Assembly (NCBI GenBank): GCA_963749495.1
Contig: CAVVMW010000007.1
Location: 96,001-160,000 of the forward strand
From: an uncultured bacterium
GTDB lineage: Bacteria > Verrucomicrobiota > Verrucomicrobiia > Limisphaerales > UBA8199
Length of the DNA stretch: 64,000 nucleotides
Direction of reading: 5' to 3'
In this document: positions 1-9,856 of the stretch, piece after piece
Numbering within the stretch: position 1 is the stretch's first letter
How the letters are laid out: each line of letters starts with the position of its first letter
Notes under the pieces: generated by a model
The model's database searches: none
What the model saw: only the letters and a program-made list of their open reading frames with translations
Told to the model about the DNA's origin: nothing
Made by a program: the position numbers and the translations under genes

Positions 1-1
1 G

Positions 2-910
2 ATGGTAGAAAACCAGGTCCAGATATTCATGGTCGTTACCCACCGTGACGCGGAACTGGCGAGCCTCGAAACAGAAGCCCGTGCCGAGTTCGAGGAGGAA
101 AGCCTGCAGGTCATCGAGCAGGGCTTTTTCGAGAGCGGCTTCGTGAAACTCGGGGCGCTCGGCCAGGCCAGTAAATTCAAGGACGTAAGGATCGCGGATG
201 AGGTCTTCGATGGTCTGGTGAGGCTCCTGGCGGTGGGCGCGCTTGACCACCGCCGCCTTGTTGGAGGAAAGGCCGGTCCGTTCGTAAAGCAGCGAGCCGA
301 TCTGGCGCTGGAGTTGGCGCTTCGACCAGTTGCCCTTGAGACATTCATTTTCGTAAAAGGCCCGTTTGAGCGGGTCATTCAGGCGGATGAGTTCAATGAG
401 CTGAGTCCAGGAGAAACGCAGAACCGCGCTTGCGGACAAGGGTATGGCCTTGCTCCAGGATTTCCGCACCAGCGGTGCGGAAATCTCTTCGCGAGATTCC
501 GTCACCATTGGTGACAGAATTTTCAAACTCATTTCGGTGCCGAAATTCCTCACCAGTCGCGCGGGCTTCTCGGCTCCACCATCCGGCAACTGAGGAAGCT
601 TCAATTTCCGCACCAGTGGTGCGGAAATTGCCGAGCGAAGTTGCGGATAGATCAGGTATAGCTGACGCATTCGCTCCAACATGTCAGGACTCGCTCCGCT
701 GACCTCGCGATTTTTCAGATCGGCGGCAAGACGCGAGAGCAACTGCGTGCCGTGCTTCGCCCGGTCCTCTCCGCGTTGCTCGAACTCCACAATATAAGCC
801 CCAATAAGCCAATTGCGGATGACGAGGGCCTGGTTGACGGCGGCGGCGGCACGACCGAGCAATTCCTGGCTGGCCGAATCAATCGCTTTGAGGAGCTGCG
901 TGTACTTCAT
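2..910 (-). CDS. DUF1016/YhcG family PD-(D/E)XK nuclease-domain protein, partial (runs off the window start)
   Basis: Not in the ORF track. Manual minus-strand translation from the ATG at 910 gives MKYTQLLKAIDSASQELLGRAAAAVNQALVIRNWLIGAYIVEFEQRGEDRAKHG...FSWTQLIELIRLNDPLKRAFYENECLKGNWSKRQLQRQIGSLLYER...IRDPYVLEFTGL...LQAFLLELGTGFCFEARQ...YLDLVFYH, which carries the typical DUF1016 motifs. Confidence 0.92.
   Translation of the reverse strand, partial: MKYTQLLKAIDSASQELLGRAAAAVNQALVIRNWLIGAYIVEFEQRGEDRAKHGTQLLSRLAADLKNREVSGASPDMLERMRQLYLIYPQLRSAISAPLVRKLKLPQLPDGGAEKPARLVRNFGTEMSLKILSPMVTESREEISAPLVRKSWSKAIPLSASAVLRFSWTQLIELIRLNDPLKRAFYENECLKGNWSKRQLQRQIGSLLYERTGLSSNKAAVVKRAHRQEPHQTIEDLIRDPYVLEFTGLAERPEFHEAALEKALLDDLQAFLLELGTGFCFEARQFRVTVGNDHEYLDLVFYH
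459..630. repeat. Cluster of 16-29-bp palindromes inside the DUF1016 linker
   Basis: gatttccgcacc-agc-ggtgcggaaatc (459-485); attccgtcacca-t-tggtgacagaat (496-520); atttcgg-tg-ccgaaat (531-546); caatttccgcacca-g-tggtgcggaaattg (602-630). Confidence 0.9.
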
Positions 911-1316
911 ACTTCATCCCTCATCCGTCATCCTTTTCTGATTCCCGGGGAGCAGATTGGAGTGTTTCCCGCAGCGCTGGCAGGAGGTCGGAGGCGATGT
1001 TGTCGAATATGCGGGGCATTCGGGGTCAGAGAAGATCGAGCGGTTCCATGGGTGACACGTCAGCCCGAGGCCGGCGCCGGCTGGCCACGCGGCGCCTGAT
1101 GACTGAAAAAGATCAATCGAGAGCACATCATAATTCGCCTCTGCCCCAGGAGACTCGTTGCTCCGGCGATAGTGCCGCAGGAGCCGGGAAAATGCACGAG
1201 AAAACTCGTGGTCTCAGAGTGGCCGGGCGCGACGCGGCAACGGCCCCGGAATGCGCCGGTCCCCAGGGGTCAGCGGGCCACGACGGGGCGGACGGATTTT
1301 CTTTTTGGGCTTCGGC

Positions 1317-1418
1317 GAGGATATCAGAGTTTGTGATATCCTCAGGATCACAGCGCATGGACGGGACTTGCGGCACCGCCCGCGGCCGGTCTTTAAGGTC
1401 ACAAATTGTGACCTTGAA
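1317..1418. repeat. Two intergenic palindromes with 10-bp arms
   Basis: gaggatatca-N7-tgatatcctc (1317-1343) and aaggtcacaa-a-ttgtgacctt (1395-1415). Confidence 0.8.
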
Positions 1419-1541
1419 CGACGGAGGCCCTCCGTCCCCATTCTCCTTTTCCTCCCTTTCGCCCCTTCCGCCCCTTTCTTCCCCCTCGTGCCTCGCCACG
1501 CCCTCTCCCAGTCCCCACCCGGGACGCTGAGCGGCTCTGCC

Positions 1542-1673
1542 TTCCGGGTCTTCCGCGTATTCCGCGGTTGCCCTCAGGATTCTGCCTCGTAAATCAGATT
1601 GGTTTCCATGGCTGGCGAGGCTGGCAAAGCTCCGAAGAAGAATGAACCGCGGAATACGCGGACCACGCGGAAA
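1542..1673. repeat. Inverted pair of short degenerate ~9-mer tandem repeats
   Basis: ttccgggtcttccgcgtattccgcggtt faces aaccgcggaatacgcggaccacgcggaa. Confidence 0.7.
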
Positions 1674-1994
1674 TGAACAGGTCTAGTGGTTACTGTTTTG
1701 TCCCGCACCCAAAGCGCTCGGTTCTACCGAGCTGGAATTGACTTCCACCGTGTCAAACAAATATCCCGCGCGCAAAAATCCCCCCATTTTACCGAGGCTG
1801 TTGCGCCTCGTTGCGGGTCGTGTTGCGGGTCCGGCCTCAAAAATCCACCGGTTCCATGCGCCTTGTAGCACTGTAGCGGGTCCATACCTTATGGTCCGGT
1901 TTTGAATTCTCACCCGGTCGCGATGGTCTCAGAACCGTGAGCAGGGTCAGGATGAGCGTTTCGAGCGGCGGGTTCGGCTTCATGGGGAAATCAC

Positions 1995-4024
1995 TCAGGT
2001 TGCACTTGCCGACCACAGTGCTGCCAGGCGTTGCTTGTGGGCGGCGGGGTCCTTTTGGCAGTTGGCCATGGCGCGCTCCAGACCCTCAATGACCTTGCGG
2101 GCAGTGTCGAGGTAGGAGCGATCGGCGGCGGCCTGGGAGACGGCATTTGTCAGGGGCCTGAGTTTCTCCTGGGCCAGCAGGCTTAGGCGCGTGTGGGTCA
2201 CGGCCAGGCACTGGATGGCGAGACGAGCGTGGGCGGCTTCGTAGGTGTCGGCGAGCCCATCGTCGGCGAGGAGTTGATGGAATTTGCGCAGGCGCTCGGC
2301 TGAGGCAAAGAGGGGGGCCAGGCTCGGGTTGGGCGCGGGCGCCCCGGGCGGCGCGGGCGCGGCTTGTTCGAGGTGGAGGCGCTGCCAGGCGCTGTCGTTG
2401 GGCGGGATGGGCGGCACTTGGCGGTCCGGGGATGGAGGTTCAAAGCCCAGGGGCCTGGCGCCGCCCAGGAGGATCTCGGATCGCCGCGGTTTGCGGGACT
2501 TCGGTGTAGGGGAGGCGCACGGACTGGGTGTCAAAGCCGGTCCAGGGTTTGCCGTTGAGTGTGACCCCGGTAATGGGCCCGGCGCCGATCGTGGCCAGGT
2601 AGAGCCGTTTGTCGCCGAACCGGATTGGGAACCGCTGCTCCAGGCGCGTGATTTGGGGCGGGACGTGCGGCAGCAGGGTCAGGGCGTCGGCGCGGTAGAG
2701 GGTACTCGAAGAGGCCGCGCACGAAGGCGGCCGGCGGGCCCAGCGCGTCGTAAGTGAGGTTGATGGGCTGGCCGGGCTGGTAAACATCGTCGCCGCACTT
2801 GACCAAAGGGTTGTCCAGGCGAAAGCGCTCGGCAAACGTGAGCAACCGGCGCATCGAGCGGCGCGCGTCGTCGTATTTCCCGAGCCTGTAATAGCCCAGC
2901 ACCATGCGCGCCTCGCAGGTGGACCAGTGCCCGCCGTTGACCCAGGTGCCGAAGGCCCACAGGCCCTCCGGCTTCTCGTACATGTCGTCATAGGACGGGT
3001 AGTTGGGCAGGATGAAATCGTGGGGGCGCAGGCCGGGGATCGAAGCGATCTTGGCGTAAATCCGCTCCGCCTGGGCCTGGTCCACCACGCGAAACGCTAT
3101 GGCGTCGTGGTTGGGCGGGGCCTCGAAATACCCGTGGCGGGCGGCGCCAAAGACGCCGTGCCGGGTCCCGTCAGGGTCCAGCGAGTTGATGAAGTAACCC
3201 TCGCCGGTGGTGATGCCGGAAAGGCCCTGCTTTGCCAAGTCGCGCCGTTGGGCCTGGAGCCTGGCCTGCTTGGGGTGGCCGGCGAGTTTTTCCAACTCCG
3301 TCAGCCGATCCAGCGCGGCGATATACGTGATCGAGAGGCCCGCCAGGTAGGCCCTGCCGTAACTGCCATTGGGCCGCTTCCAGCCCGCAAAGCTGGGCGC
3401 CAGGAGGTTCCCCGCCGGGCCGGCCAGGAAAAGATTGTTCGTCGGGTCGCGCCGGGTCTCGATAAAGTTGGCGCACCGCTCCAACCTGGGCAAGTAGCGC
3501 GCGATGGCCTGGGCATCGCGGCTGATGAGCAGCAACTCCGATTCCAGAAGCAGGCCGGCGGCGGTGAACTCCATCCCCCAATCGTGGATTTGCGTCCGCC
3601 CGTCGCCCTGGCGATAGACGATCCAGCCCGGGCGCGCCGCGTCGCACAGGCAGCCGTCCGGGGCGGCCCAATCGAAGGGCGGCGCGGCCCCGACGCGTTG
3701 GCCGTCGCCCATCTGGTCGAACCAGAGGTCTTGCGAGTGCTGGAGGAAGGTGATGAACGGTTCCTGCAAAAACGGCAGCGCGGCGTAAGTCGGGCCGTAG
3801 CTGTTCTGAATCCACCACGCGTCCCAGGTCGGCCCTTCCACCAGCCCGTTCCAATCGGGCATGTAGAGCATCGCCAGGTTCTGCAGTTCAGGATCGGGCG
3901 CGAACATCCGCCGCGCGCTCTCCAGCAGGCGCAGGTAGTCCGCATCACCGGCGCCGCCGAAGAACCTCCCCTGGAACGCGTCCGGCTCCGCCGCCGCCAG
4001 CGGCAAGCGCAGCATCCCGGCCAT
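1995..4024 (-). CDS. Secreted six-hairpin (alpha/alpha barrel) glycoside hydrolase-like protein, split by two single-base frameshifts
   Basis: ORF 2531..4024 (WWIQNSYG, NHDAIAF, WVNGGHWSTCEAR) continues in the 2440..2991 frame (LYRADALTLLPHVPPQITRLEQRFPIRFG) and then in the 1995..2534 frame. There is an extra C near 2701 and another near 2479. The true start may lie slightly upstream. Confidence 0.6.
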
Positions 4025-4106
4025 GAGCAGGGCTAGTAAAATGGGTTCAATTTGTCTTCGGCTTCACGGGCCGAGCCTACACGAGCGCGCGCGCGCAGGG
4101 AAAGAG

Positions 4107-4216
4107 GAATGACGAATGACGAATGACGAATGACGAATGACGAATGACGAAGGGCGAATGAGCGGTTCGTCCTGGGTCGTTGCCCTCCGTCATTCGTCAT
4201 TCGTCATTCGTCATTT
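4107..4216. repeat. (GAATGAC)n heptamer tandem repeat with an inverted partner
   Basis: Six copies at 4107-4148 and about four reverse-complement copies (GTCATTC) at 4189-4216. The same unit occurs at 14563-14597, 16755-16773 and 42785-42816. Confidence 0.9.
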
Positions 4217-4271
4217 CCCTCCCTTTCATCTTGACCCAGCCGCACCTTCTCTGGGAGGGTTAGCCTCGAAT

Positions 4272-4487
4272 ATGCCGGAAACTCGTTGTCCCGGGCAGGA
4301 CCAGCGGTATTGGAAGCCGGAAGACATCTTCATGGCCGCCTGCCCGCATTGCGGCGCGGAGATCGAGTTCTGGAAGGACGAACCGTTCCGGCGCTGCCCG
4401 TCGTGCGGCAAGGAGGTCCGCAACCCGAAGCAGGACTTCGATTGCGCCCATTGGTGCAAGCACGCCCCGGAGTGCCTCGGGCAATGA
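4272..4487 (+). CDS. Small Cys-rich putative metal-binding (zinc-ribbon-like) protein
   Basis: MPETRCPGQDQRYWKPEDIFMAACPHCGAEIEFWKDEPFRRCPSCGKEVRNPKQDFDCAHWCKHAPECLGQ: 71 aa with 8 Cys. ATGA overlap with cooC. Confidence 0.8.
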   Translation: MPETRCPGQDQRYWKPEDIFMAACPHCGAEIEFWKDEPFRRCPSCGKEVRNPKQDFDCAHWCKHAPECLGQ

Positions 4488-5272
4488 AACTCGCCATCTC
4501 AGGCAAAGGCGGGACGGGCAAATCGACGTTGTCGGCGGCGCTGGCCCTGTTGCTGGCCCGAAAGGGCTGGCGGGTCCTGGCGGTGGATGCCGATCCGGAT
4601 GGAAATCTTGCGGCGGCGCTGGGCGCTTCGGCCCAGGAGATGGCGCGCATCGTGCCGATCTCCAGGCAGCGGGCGCTCATCGAGGAGCGGACCGGGGCCA
4701 AGGTCAGGCAATACGGCCAAATGTTCAAGCTCAACCCGGAGGTCTCGGACATCCCGGAGAGCTACGGGACCCGGCTCAACGGCATCACGCTCCTGGTCCT
4801 GGGGGCAATCGAGGCCGGCGGTTCGGGCTGCGCCTGCCCGGAGAACGTCCTGGTCCGCGCCTTGGTCGCGGACCTGGTCCTGCGCCGCAACGACGCTCTC
4901 ATCATGGACATGGAGGCCGGTATCGAGCACCTGGGACGCGCCACGACCCGGGGCGTGGATGCCCTGCTGGTAACGGTCGAACCGAGCCAGCGGGCGCTGG
5001 AGAGCGCGCACCGGGTGGCGCGCCTAGCCGGCGAGATCGGTTTGCGCGACGTCCGGTTCGTGGCGAACAAGATTGCGTCGCGCGCGGACGAGGAGTACGT
5101 GCGCGGGGCCTTTCCCGGCGGCCGGATAGCGGGCGTCATACCTTGGTCGGAAGAGATTCGCCTGGCGGAACGGCAAGGCCGGCCGGTGCTGGACTGCGCC
5201 GGCCCGGAGTTGCTGAACTCGTTCGAGACGATCCTCCAGGGCTTGGCGGCCGCGCCGGAGGGGGCGCCGTGA
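4484..5272 (+). CDS. cooC: CO dehydrogenase nickel-insertion ATPase CooC
   Basis: GKGGTGKS deviant Walker A, DADPDGN, GSGCACPEN CxC nickel motif, DMEAGIEHLGR. Confidence 0.92.
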   Translation: MKLAISGKGGTGKSTLSAALALLLARKGWRVLAVDADPDGNLAAALGASAQEMARIVPISRQRALIEERTGAKVRQYGQMFKLNPEVSDIPESYGTRLNGITLLVLGAIEAGGSGCACPENVLVRALVADLVLRRNDALIMDMEAGIEHLGRATTRGVDALLVTVEPSQRALESAHRVARLAGEIGLRDVRFVANKIASRADEEYVRGAFPGGRIAGVIPWSEEIRLAERQGRPVLDCAGPELLNSFETILQGLAAAPEGAP

Positions 5273-5290
5273 GCGTCCATGGACCGCCGC

Positions 5291-5396
5291 GAAGCCCGCA
5301 AGGTTTTGGACTGCGCCAGTCCTCTGGCGCTTTGGCACTCCCGGCCCCGAAAAGCGCCCCCGATGCATCGGGGGCGCAGTCCAAAACGCTTCGCGA
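5291..5396. repeat. REP-like compound palindrome, family 'GTTTTGGACTGCG...CGCAGTCCAAAAC'
   Basis: Closely similar copies at 14647-14746 and 33968-34068, plus a half copy at 58977-59019. Confidence 0.88.
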
Positions 5397-5452
5397 ATTC
5401 GGCCGCGCGAGCGGCGAATAACAACCACTGAACTAACTCCAAAGGAACCCCC

Positions 5453-6526
5453 GTGCAAATCAAACCCACGTTTCTCGCAACCGCTATCGGCAGCCTGCCC
5501 CACGACGACCCGGCCAAGGCCTTGGACCTGGTCATGGCCAACCTCCCGGAGGCGCCCGTTTGGCCCCAACTCCCGCACCGGAGCCTCAATGAGCAAATGG
5601 AGGTCCAGTATTCCGAGGCCATCCCTTGCGCGGTCATCGACCGCCAGAAGGGCCGGATGTATTTCGACACCTCGAAAGACTACTCGGATGACTTCGCCGC
5701 CTTTTACGAGACCTACCTGGCGGCGACCGAAGCGCCGGCCGGCCAGGGCGACTTTTCGTCCATGGCCATCAGCCCCGATTTTGCCCGCGGCCTCTACGCC
5801 CTGGAGGACCGGCTCAAGGCCGAGGGGAAAAAGCGGCCCTATGTGAAGATGCAGACCACCGGGCCGTGTTCCTTCGCGCTGACGACCACCGACCAGAACA
5901 AGCGCGCCATCTACTACAACGAGGAATTTCGCGATGTCATCATCAAGGCCCTGGCCATGAAATGCCGCTGGCAGCTCCAGAAGTTCAAACCCTGGGCCGA
6001 CCAGGCGATTTGCTTCATCGACGAACCGATTCTCTCCGCCTTCGGCAGCTCGACCTACGTCTCGGTGAAACGGGAGGACGTTGTCGCCCATCTCCGCGAG
6101 GTGATTGACGCCGTCCATGCCGAGGGCGGCCTGGCCGGCGTCCACTGCTGCGGCAACACCGAGTGGAGCATCCTTGTGGACGCCGGGGTGGACATTCTGA
6201 ACTTCGACGCCTTCGGCTACGGCGAGACGCTGGCGATGTATCCGGCCGCGATCAAGAGCCACCTCCAGCGCGGCGGCGCCCTGGCCTGGGGCCTGGTGCC
6301 GACCTCGACCGCCATTCGCCAGCAGACACCCCAGACGCTCATCGCGCATTTCCAGAAATTGATCGACCAAATGGCCGCCGGCGGCATCGAGCGCCAACTG
6401 CTGCTCGACCAGGCGATTCTCACCCCCTCGTGCGGCACCGGCTCGATGCAGGTCCCCGACGCCGAGAGGGTGCTCCAGACCCTGTCTCTGGTTTCCCAGG
6501 ACCTGCGCGCAAAACATGGAGTCTGA
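5453..6526 (+). CDS. Core (single-barrel) MetE-like methionine synthase; MesB-like methylcorrinoid:homocysteine methyltransferase
   Basis: 357 aa with TAIGSLPH, WPQLP, TGP, FIDEP, GVHCCG (His-x-Cys Zn ligands) and TPSCGTG (third Zn ligand). It lacks the N-terminal folate-binding barrel of full-length MetE and sits inside the acs operon. Confidence 0.8.
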   Translation: MQIKPTFLATAIGSLPHDDPAKALDLVMANLPEAPVWPQLPHRSLNEQMEVQYSEAIPCAVIDRQKGRMYFDTSKDYSDDFAAFYETYLAATEAPAGQGDFSSMAISPDFARGLYALEDRLKAEGKKRPYVKMQTTGPCSFALTTTDQNKRAIYYNEEFRDVIIKALAMKCRWQLQKFKPWADQAICFIDEPILSAFGSSTYVSVKREDVVAHLREVIDAVHAEGGLAGVHCCGNTEWSILVDAGVDILNFDAFGYGETLAMYPAAIKSHLQRGGALAWGLVPTSTAIRQQTPQTLIAHFQKLIDQMAAGGIERQLLLDQAILTPSCGTGSMQVPDAERVLQTLSLVSQDLRAKHGV

Positions 6527-6538
6527 TTCAGTCCCGAG

Positions 6539-6636
6539 AGGAACAGAAGAAAACGGAGAACTGGAGGATGAACAGAAGGAAACGGCCCGCTGCGACGGCG
6601 CGACAGCGCGGCGAGAGGAAACGGAGAACAGAAAAC
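6539..6636. repeat. Purine-rich degenerate repeat (GAACAGAAG[G/A]AAACG[G/A]AG family)
   Basis: The reverse-complement version of the same motif occurs at about 51585-51662. Confidence 0.6.
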
Positions 6637-6638
6637 TG

Positions 6639-7475
6639 ATGTCCTACACCATTGGCATCACCGGAAAGGGGGGCGTGGGCAAGACGACCGTCGCGGCGCT
6701 GACGGTGCTGCGGCTGATTGCCAGCGGGCGCCGGCCGGTGCTGGCGGTCGATGCGGACCCCAACACGTGCCTGGACGCCGCGCTGGGGGTCCAGGTCGAG
6801 CACACCGTCGGGGGTGTCCGCGAGGAGGCCCGGGCGCTGGCGGCCCAGAGCAATGCTCCCGGCCTGGCCAAGCAGGAGTTGCTGCGGCTCAAGGTGGCGC
6901 AGAGCCTGGTCGAGACCAGCCATTTTGATTTGATCGCCATGGGACGGCCCGAGGGTCCCGGCTGCTACTGCTTTGCCAACAATGCCTTGCGGGCTGCCCT
7001 CAAGGCCATCGCCGATGATTATCCCTGCGTCGTCATCGACAACGAGGCCGGGCTGGAGAACCTCTCGCGCCGCATTGTGCGGCAAGTGGACCTGATGATC
7101 CTGGTGGCCGACCCTTCGCGACAGGGCCTGGAGACTGTCCGGCGGCTCTTCACCCTGGCAAACGAGATGGAGGTCAGGATCGGCCAACTGGTCTTGGCCC
7201 TCAACCGTCTCCGGCAGCCGGCCTTGCCCCAGGCCGCCACCCAACTCCAGGCCGACATCGGCGCCTCGCGGCTTTTCGCCTTGCCCGACGACGACGAATT
7301 GAGACGGCTCTCGGAAGCGGGCGGCCGCCTCCAAAACCTGCCCGCCTCAAATCCACTCGTGGCAGCGATGGACCGGTTGCTCTTCGAAGCGGGCGTGCCC
7401 ACAGTGAACCATGCCTACCCGTCGGACCGGTCTGACCGGTCTGACTCGTCTGACCCGTCCCACCCCTTGATATGA
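6639..7475 (+). CDS. acsF: AcsF/CooC2-type nickel-insertion ATPase for acetyl-CoA synthase
   Basis: GKGGVGKTT, DADPNT, MGRPEGPGCYC (AcsF/CooC2 signature), IDNEAGLENLSRR. The C-terminal SDRSDRSDSSD is encoded by a short tandem repeat. Confidence 0.88.
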   Translation: MSYTIGITGKGGVGKTTVAALTVLRLIASGRRPVLAVDADPNTCLDAALGVQVEHTVGGVREEARALAAQSNAPGLAKQELLRLKVAQSLVETSHFDLIAMGRPEGPGCYCFANNALRAALKAIADDYPCVVIDNEAGLENLSRRIVRQVDLMILVADPSRQGLETVRRLFTLANEMEVRIGQLVLALNRLRQPALPQAATQLQADIGASRLFALPDDDELRRLSEAGGRLQNLPASNPLVAAMDRLLFEAGVPTVNHAYPSDRSDRSDSSDPSHPLI

Positions 7476-9439
7476 CCCAGCCACCAGCCTCCACCGCCCG
7501 CGCCTGGAAATCCGCTGATCGGGCTTGCGACGCGGCCTCGATCCAGATGCTCGACAAGGCCATAGCGGACTGCGTGGACACGTGCTTCGCCCGCCTGGAG
7601 ACCCAGCGCAACCAATGCAGCTTCGGCACGAACGGGGTCTGTTGCCGGCTCTGCCACATGGGGCCGTGCCGGATTACGCCCAAGGCCCCGCGCGGGGTTT
7701 GCGGGGCGGATGCGGACACGATCGTGGCCCGCAACTACCTGCTCGAGGTGGCCGGCGGGACCGCCGCCCATTCCGACCACGCCCGCCGACTGGTCTTGCT
7801 GCTCAAGAAAGTGGCCGAGGGGCGGGGCGGCTTTTACCGGATAGCAGACGAGCCCGCGCTGCGGAACGCCGCCCGCCTCTATCACCTCCAGGAACAAGGG
7901 CGGACCAAAGAGGCGGTCGCGCTCGACCTGGCGAACGTGTTCTTGTCCGAGTTCAGCCGGCAGGAGGAGACGCTTCAAACGTTGAAGTTGGCCCCGGTCC
8001 GGCGCCAGGGTTTGTGGCGCCACCGGGGCATCGAGCCCACGGGCATCGACCGGACGGTGGTCGAGTGCCTGCACCGGACCAACATCGGCGTGGACCACGA
8101 TTACCGGAACCTCCTGCTCCATGCCTTCCGCACAGCGCTGGCCGACGGCTGGGGCGGCTCCCGCATGGCCTCGATGGCCTCGGACATCCTCTTCGGGACC
8201 CCCTCCCCCGTCCGCAGCCGCGCCAATCTCGGGGTGCTCGGACACAAGACCGTCAACATCCTCGTGCACGGCCATGAACCGGCCCTCTCCGAGATGCTGG
8301 CCATCGCATCGCAGGACCCGGCGCTGGTGGCCGAGGCCAAAGCAGCCGGGGCCGAGGGCCTGACGCTGGCGGGCATCTGCTGCACCGCCAACGAAATCCT
8401 CATCCGCCACGGCATCCCGGTGGCCGGCAACTTCCTCCAGCAGGAATTGGCCCTCATCACCGGCGCGGTCGAAATGCTCATCACCGACGTGCAATGCTGC
8501 ATGCCGAGCCTGCCCGAGGTGGCCCGGGCCTATCACACGCTAGTGGTCTCCACCAGCGACCTGGCCAGGACCATCGGGACCCAACATATCCCCTTCGACG
8601 AGGCCCACGCGCTCGACAACGCCAAGGACCTGGTCCGCCGCGCCATCGCCAACTACCCGCGCCGCGACCCCGCCAAGGTCGCCATCCCGCCTGTCTCCCA
8701 ACCGCTGGTCGCCGGCTTCAGCGTGCCCGCCATCAAATACATGCTCGGCGGGAGCTTCCGCGCCTCGTTCCGCCCGCTCAACGACGCCATCATCCAGGGC
8801 CGCATCAAGGGCATCGTCGGCATCGTCGGCTGCAACAACCCCAGGTCCAGGCTCGATTCCTATATCAACGCGTTGACGCGCGAGCTGGTCCAGCGGGAGG
8901 TGATTGTGCTCAAGACCGGGTGCGCCGCAATCGCCTCCGCCAAGGAGGGCCTGCTCACGCCCGAGGCCGCCCTGGACCTGGCCGGCCCCGGTTTCCGCGA
9001 GGTCTGCGAGGCCGTGGGCATCCCGCCCGTCCTGCACATGGGCAGTTGCGTGGACAACTCGCGCCTGCTGGAGGCCGCCACCGAGGTCGTGCTCGAAGGC
9101 GGCCTGGGCGACAACCTCTCCGCAGTGCCAGCCGTGGGCGTCGCCCCAGAGTGGATGAGCCAGAAGGCAATTGCCATCGGGTGCTATTTCGTGGCCTCGG
9201 GGGTGGATGTCATCCTGGGGCACCCGTTCCACATCGGCGGGTCCGAGAACGTCACGCGCTTCCTCAACCAGGAGACCCGCCAACTCTTCGGCGCGTCGTT
9301 CCATGTCTGCCCGGACCCGCACACGGCCGTCGCCACCGCCCTGGACATCATCCACCGGAAACGCGAACGGCTGGGCATCAACCGCAAGGCCGAACGCAAA
9401 CTCTTCGACATGGCCGACCGCAGGGCGCTAACGGTGTGA
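7472..9439 (+). CDS. cooS: Anaerobic Ni,Fe carbon monoxide dehydrogenase catalytic subunit (CooS/AcsA)
   Basis: D- and B-cluster ligands QCSFG..GVCCRLCHMGPC..GVCG; C-cluster ligands HGHEP, GICCT, DVQC, VGCNN, TGC, GSCVDN; PEWMSQKA. Confidence 0.97.
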   Translation: MTQPPASTARAWKSADRACDAASIQMLDKAIADCVDTCFARLETQRNQCSFGTNGVCCRLCHMGPCRITPKAPRGVCGADADTIVARNYLLEVAGGTAAHSDHARRLVLLLKKVAEGRGGFYRIADEPALRNAARLYHLQEQGRTKEAVALDLANVFLSEFSRQEETLQTLKLAPVRRQGLWRHRGIEPTGIDRTVVECLHRTNIGVDHDYRNLLLHAFRTALADGWGGSRMASMASDILFGTPSPVRSRANLGVLGHKTVNILVHGHEPALSEMLAIASQDPALVAEAKAAGAEGLTLAGICCTANEILIRHGIPVAGNFLQQELALITGAVEMLITDVQCCMPSLPEVARAYHTLVVSTSDLARTIGTQHIPFDEAHALDNAKDLVRRAIANYPRRDPAKVAIPPVSQPLVAGFSVPAIKYMLGGSFRASFRPLNDAIIQGRIKGIVGIVGCNNPRSRLDSYINALTRELVQREVIVLKTGCAAIASAKEGLLTPEAALDLAGPGFREVCEAVGIPPVLHMGSCVDNSRLLEAATEVVLEGGLGDNLSAVPAVGVAPEWMSQKAIAIGCYFVASGVDVILGHPFHIGGSENVTRFLNQETRQLFGASFHVCPDPHTAVATALDIIHRKRERLGINRKAERKLFDMADRRALTV

Positions 9440-9450
9440 GGTATTGGGTT

Positions 9451-9797
9451 ATGACTCGCAAGCATATTAGAGAGCAAGCGGCGCGGTACGCAAAGTATGT
9501 GGAGTGGAGCGATGAAGACCGGTGCTTCATTGGCCGTTGTCCCGGTCTTTTCTTGGGCGGTGTGCATGGCAGCGATGAAGCCGCTGTCTATAAGGAGTTG
9601 TGCGAAACCGTGGAGGAGTGGATTGAACTGCTCGACAAGGACGGGAGCCGCTCCCGAACCCGCTGGAGGGCAAAAAATTCAGCGGCAGGTTCGTGGTGCG
9701 TCTCGAGCCCGCCCTGCATCGCCGGCTTGCGGCCAAAGCCCTCGCCGCGGGCGAGAGCCTCAATAGCTACTGCGCCCAGGCACTGTCAAAGGCCTGA
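9451..9797 (+). CDS. hicB: HicB-family antitoxin with a C-terminal RHH; one-base frameshift; no adjacent hicA
   Basis: MTRKHIREQAARYAKYVEWSDEDRCFIGRCPGLFLGGVHG...LLDKDG, then after a missing G near 9643 EPLPNPLEGKKFSGRFVVRLEPALHRRLAAKALAAGESLNSYCAQAL. Confidence 0.85.
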
Positions 9798-9856
9798 GGC
9801 ACGTCCTTTTTCATTGAGTCCTTGGGGCCTGTTCCCGTAGGCTATGCTCCCGCAAC

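Noticed and set aside
2..514. Plus-strand 170-aa ORF
   Set aside because: It is the antisense shadow of the minus-strand DUF1016 gene, which has recognisable motifs.
4107..4216. Tandem repeats or REP clusters as a CRISPR array
   Set aside because: There are no constant 23-47-bp repeats with unique spacers and no cas genes. The Cas4-like domain at 36-39 kb is part of a transposase fusion.
8494..9840. 448-aa ORF suggesting a long HicB fusion
   Set aside because: It is an off-frame overlap with cooS. Only 9451 onward is HicB-like.
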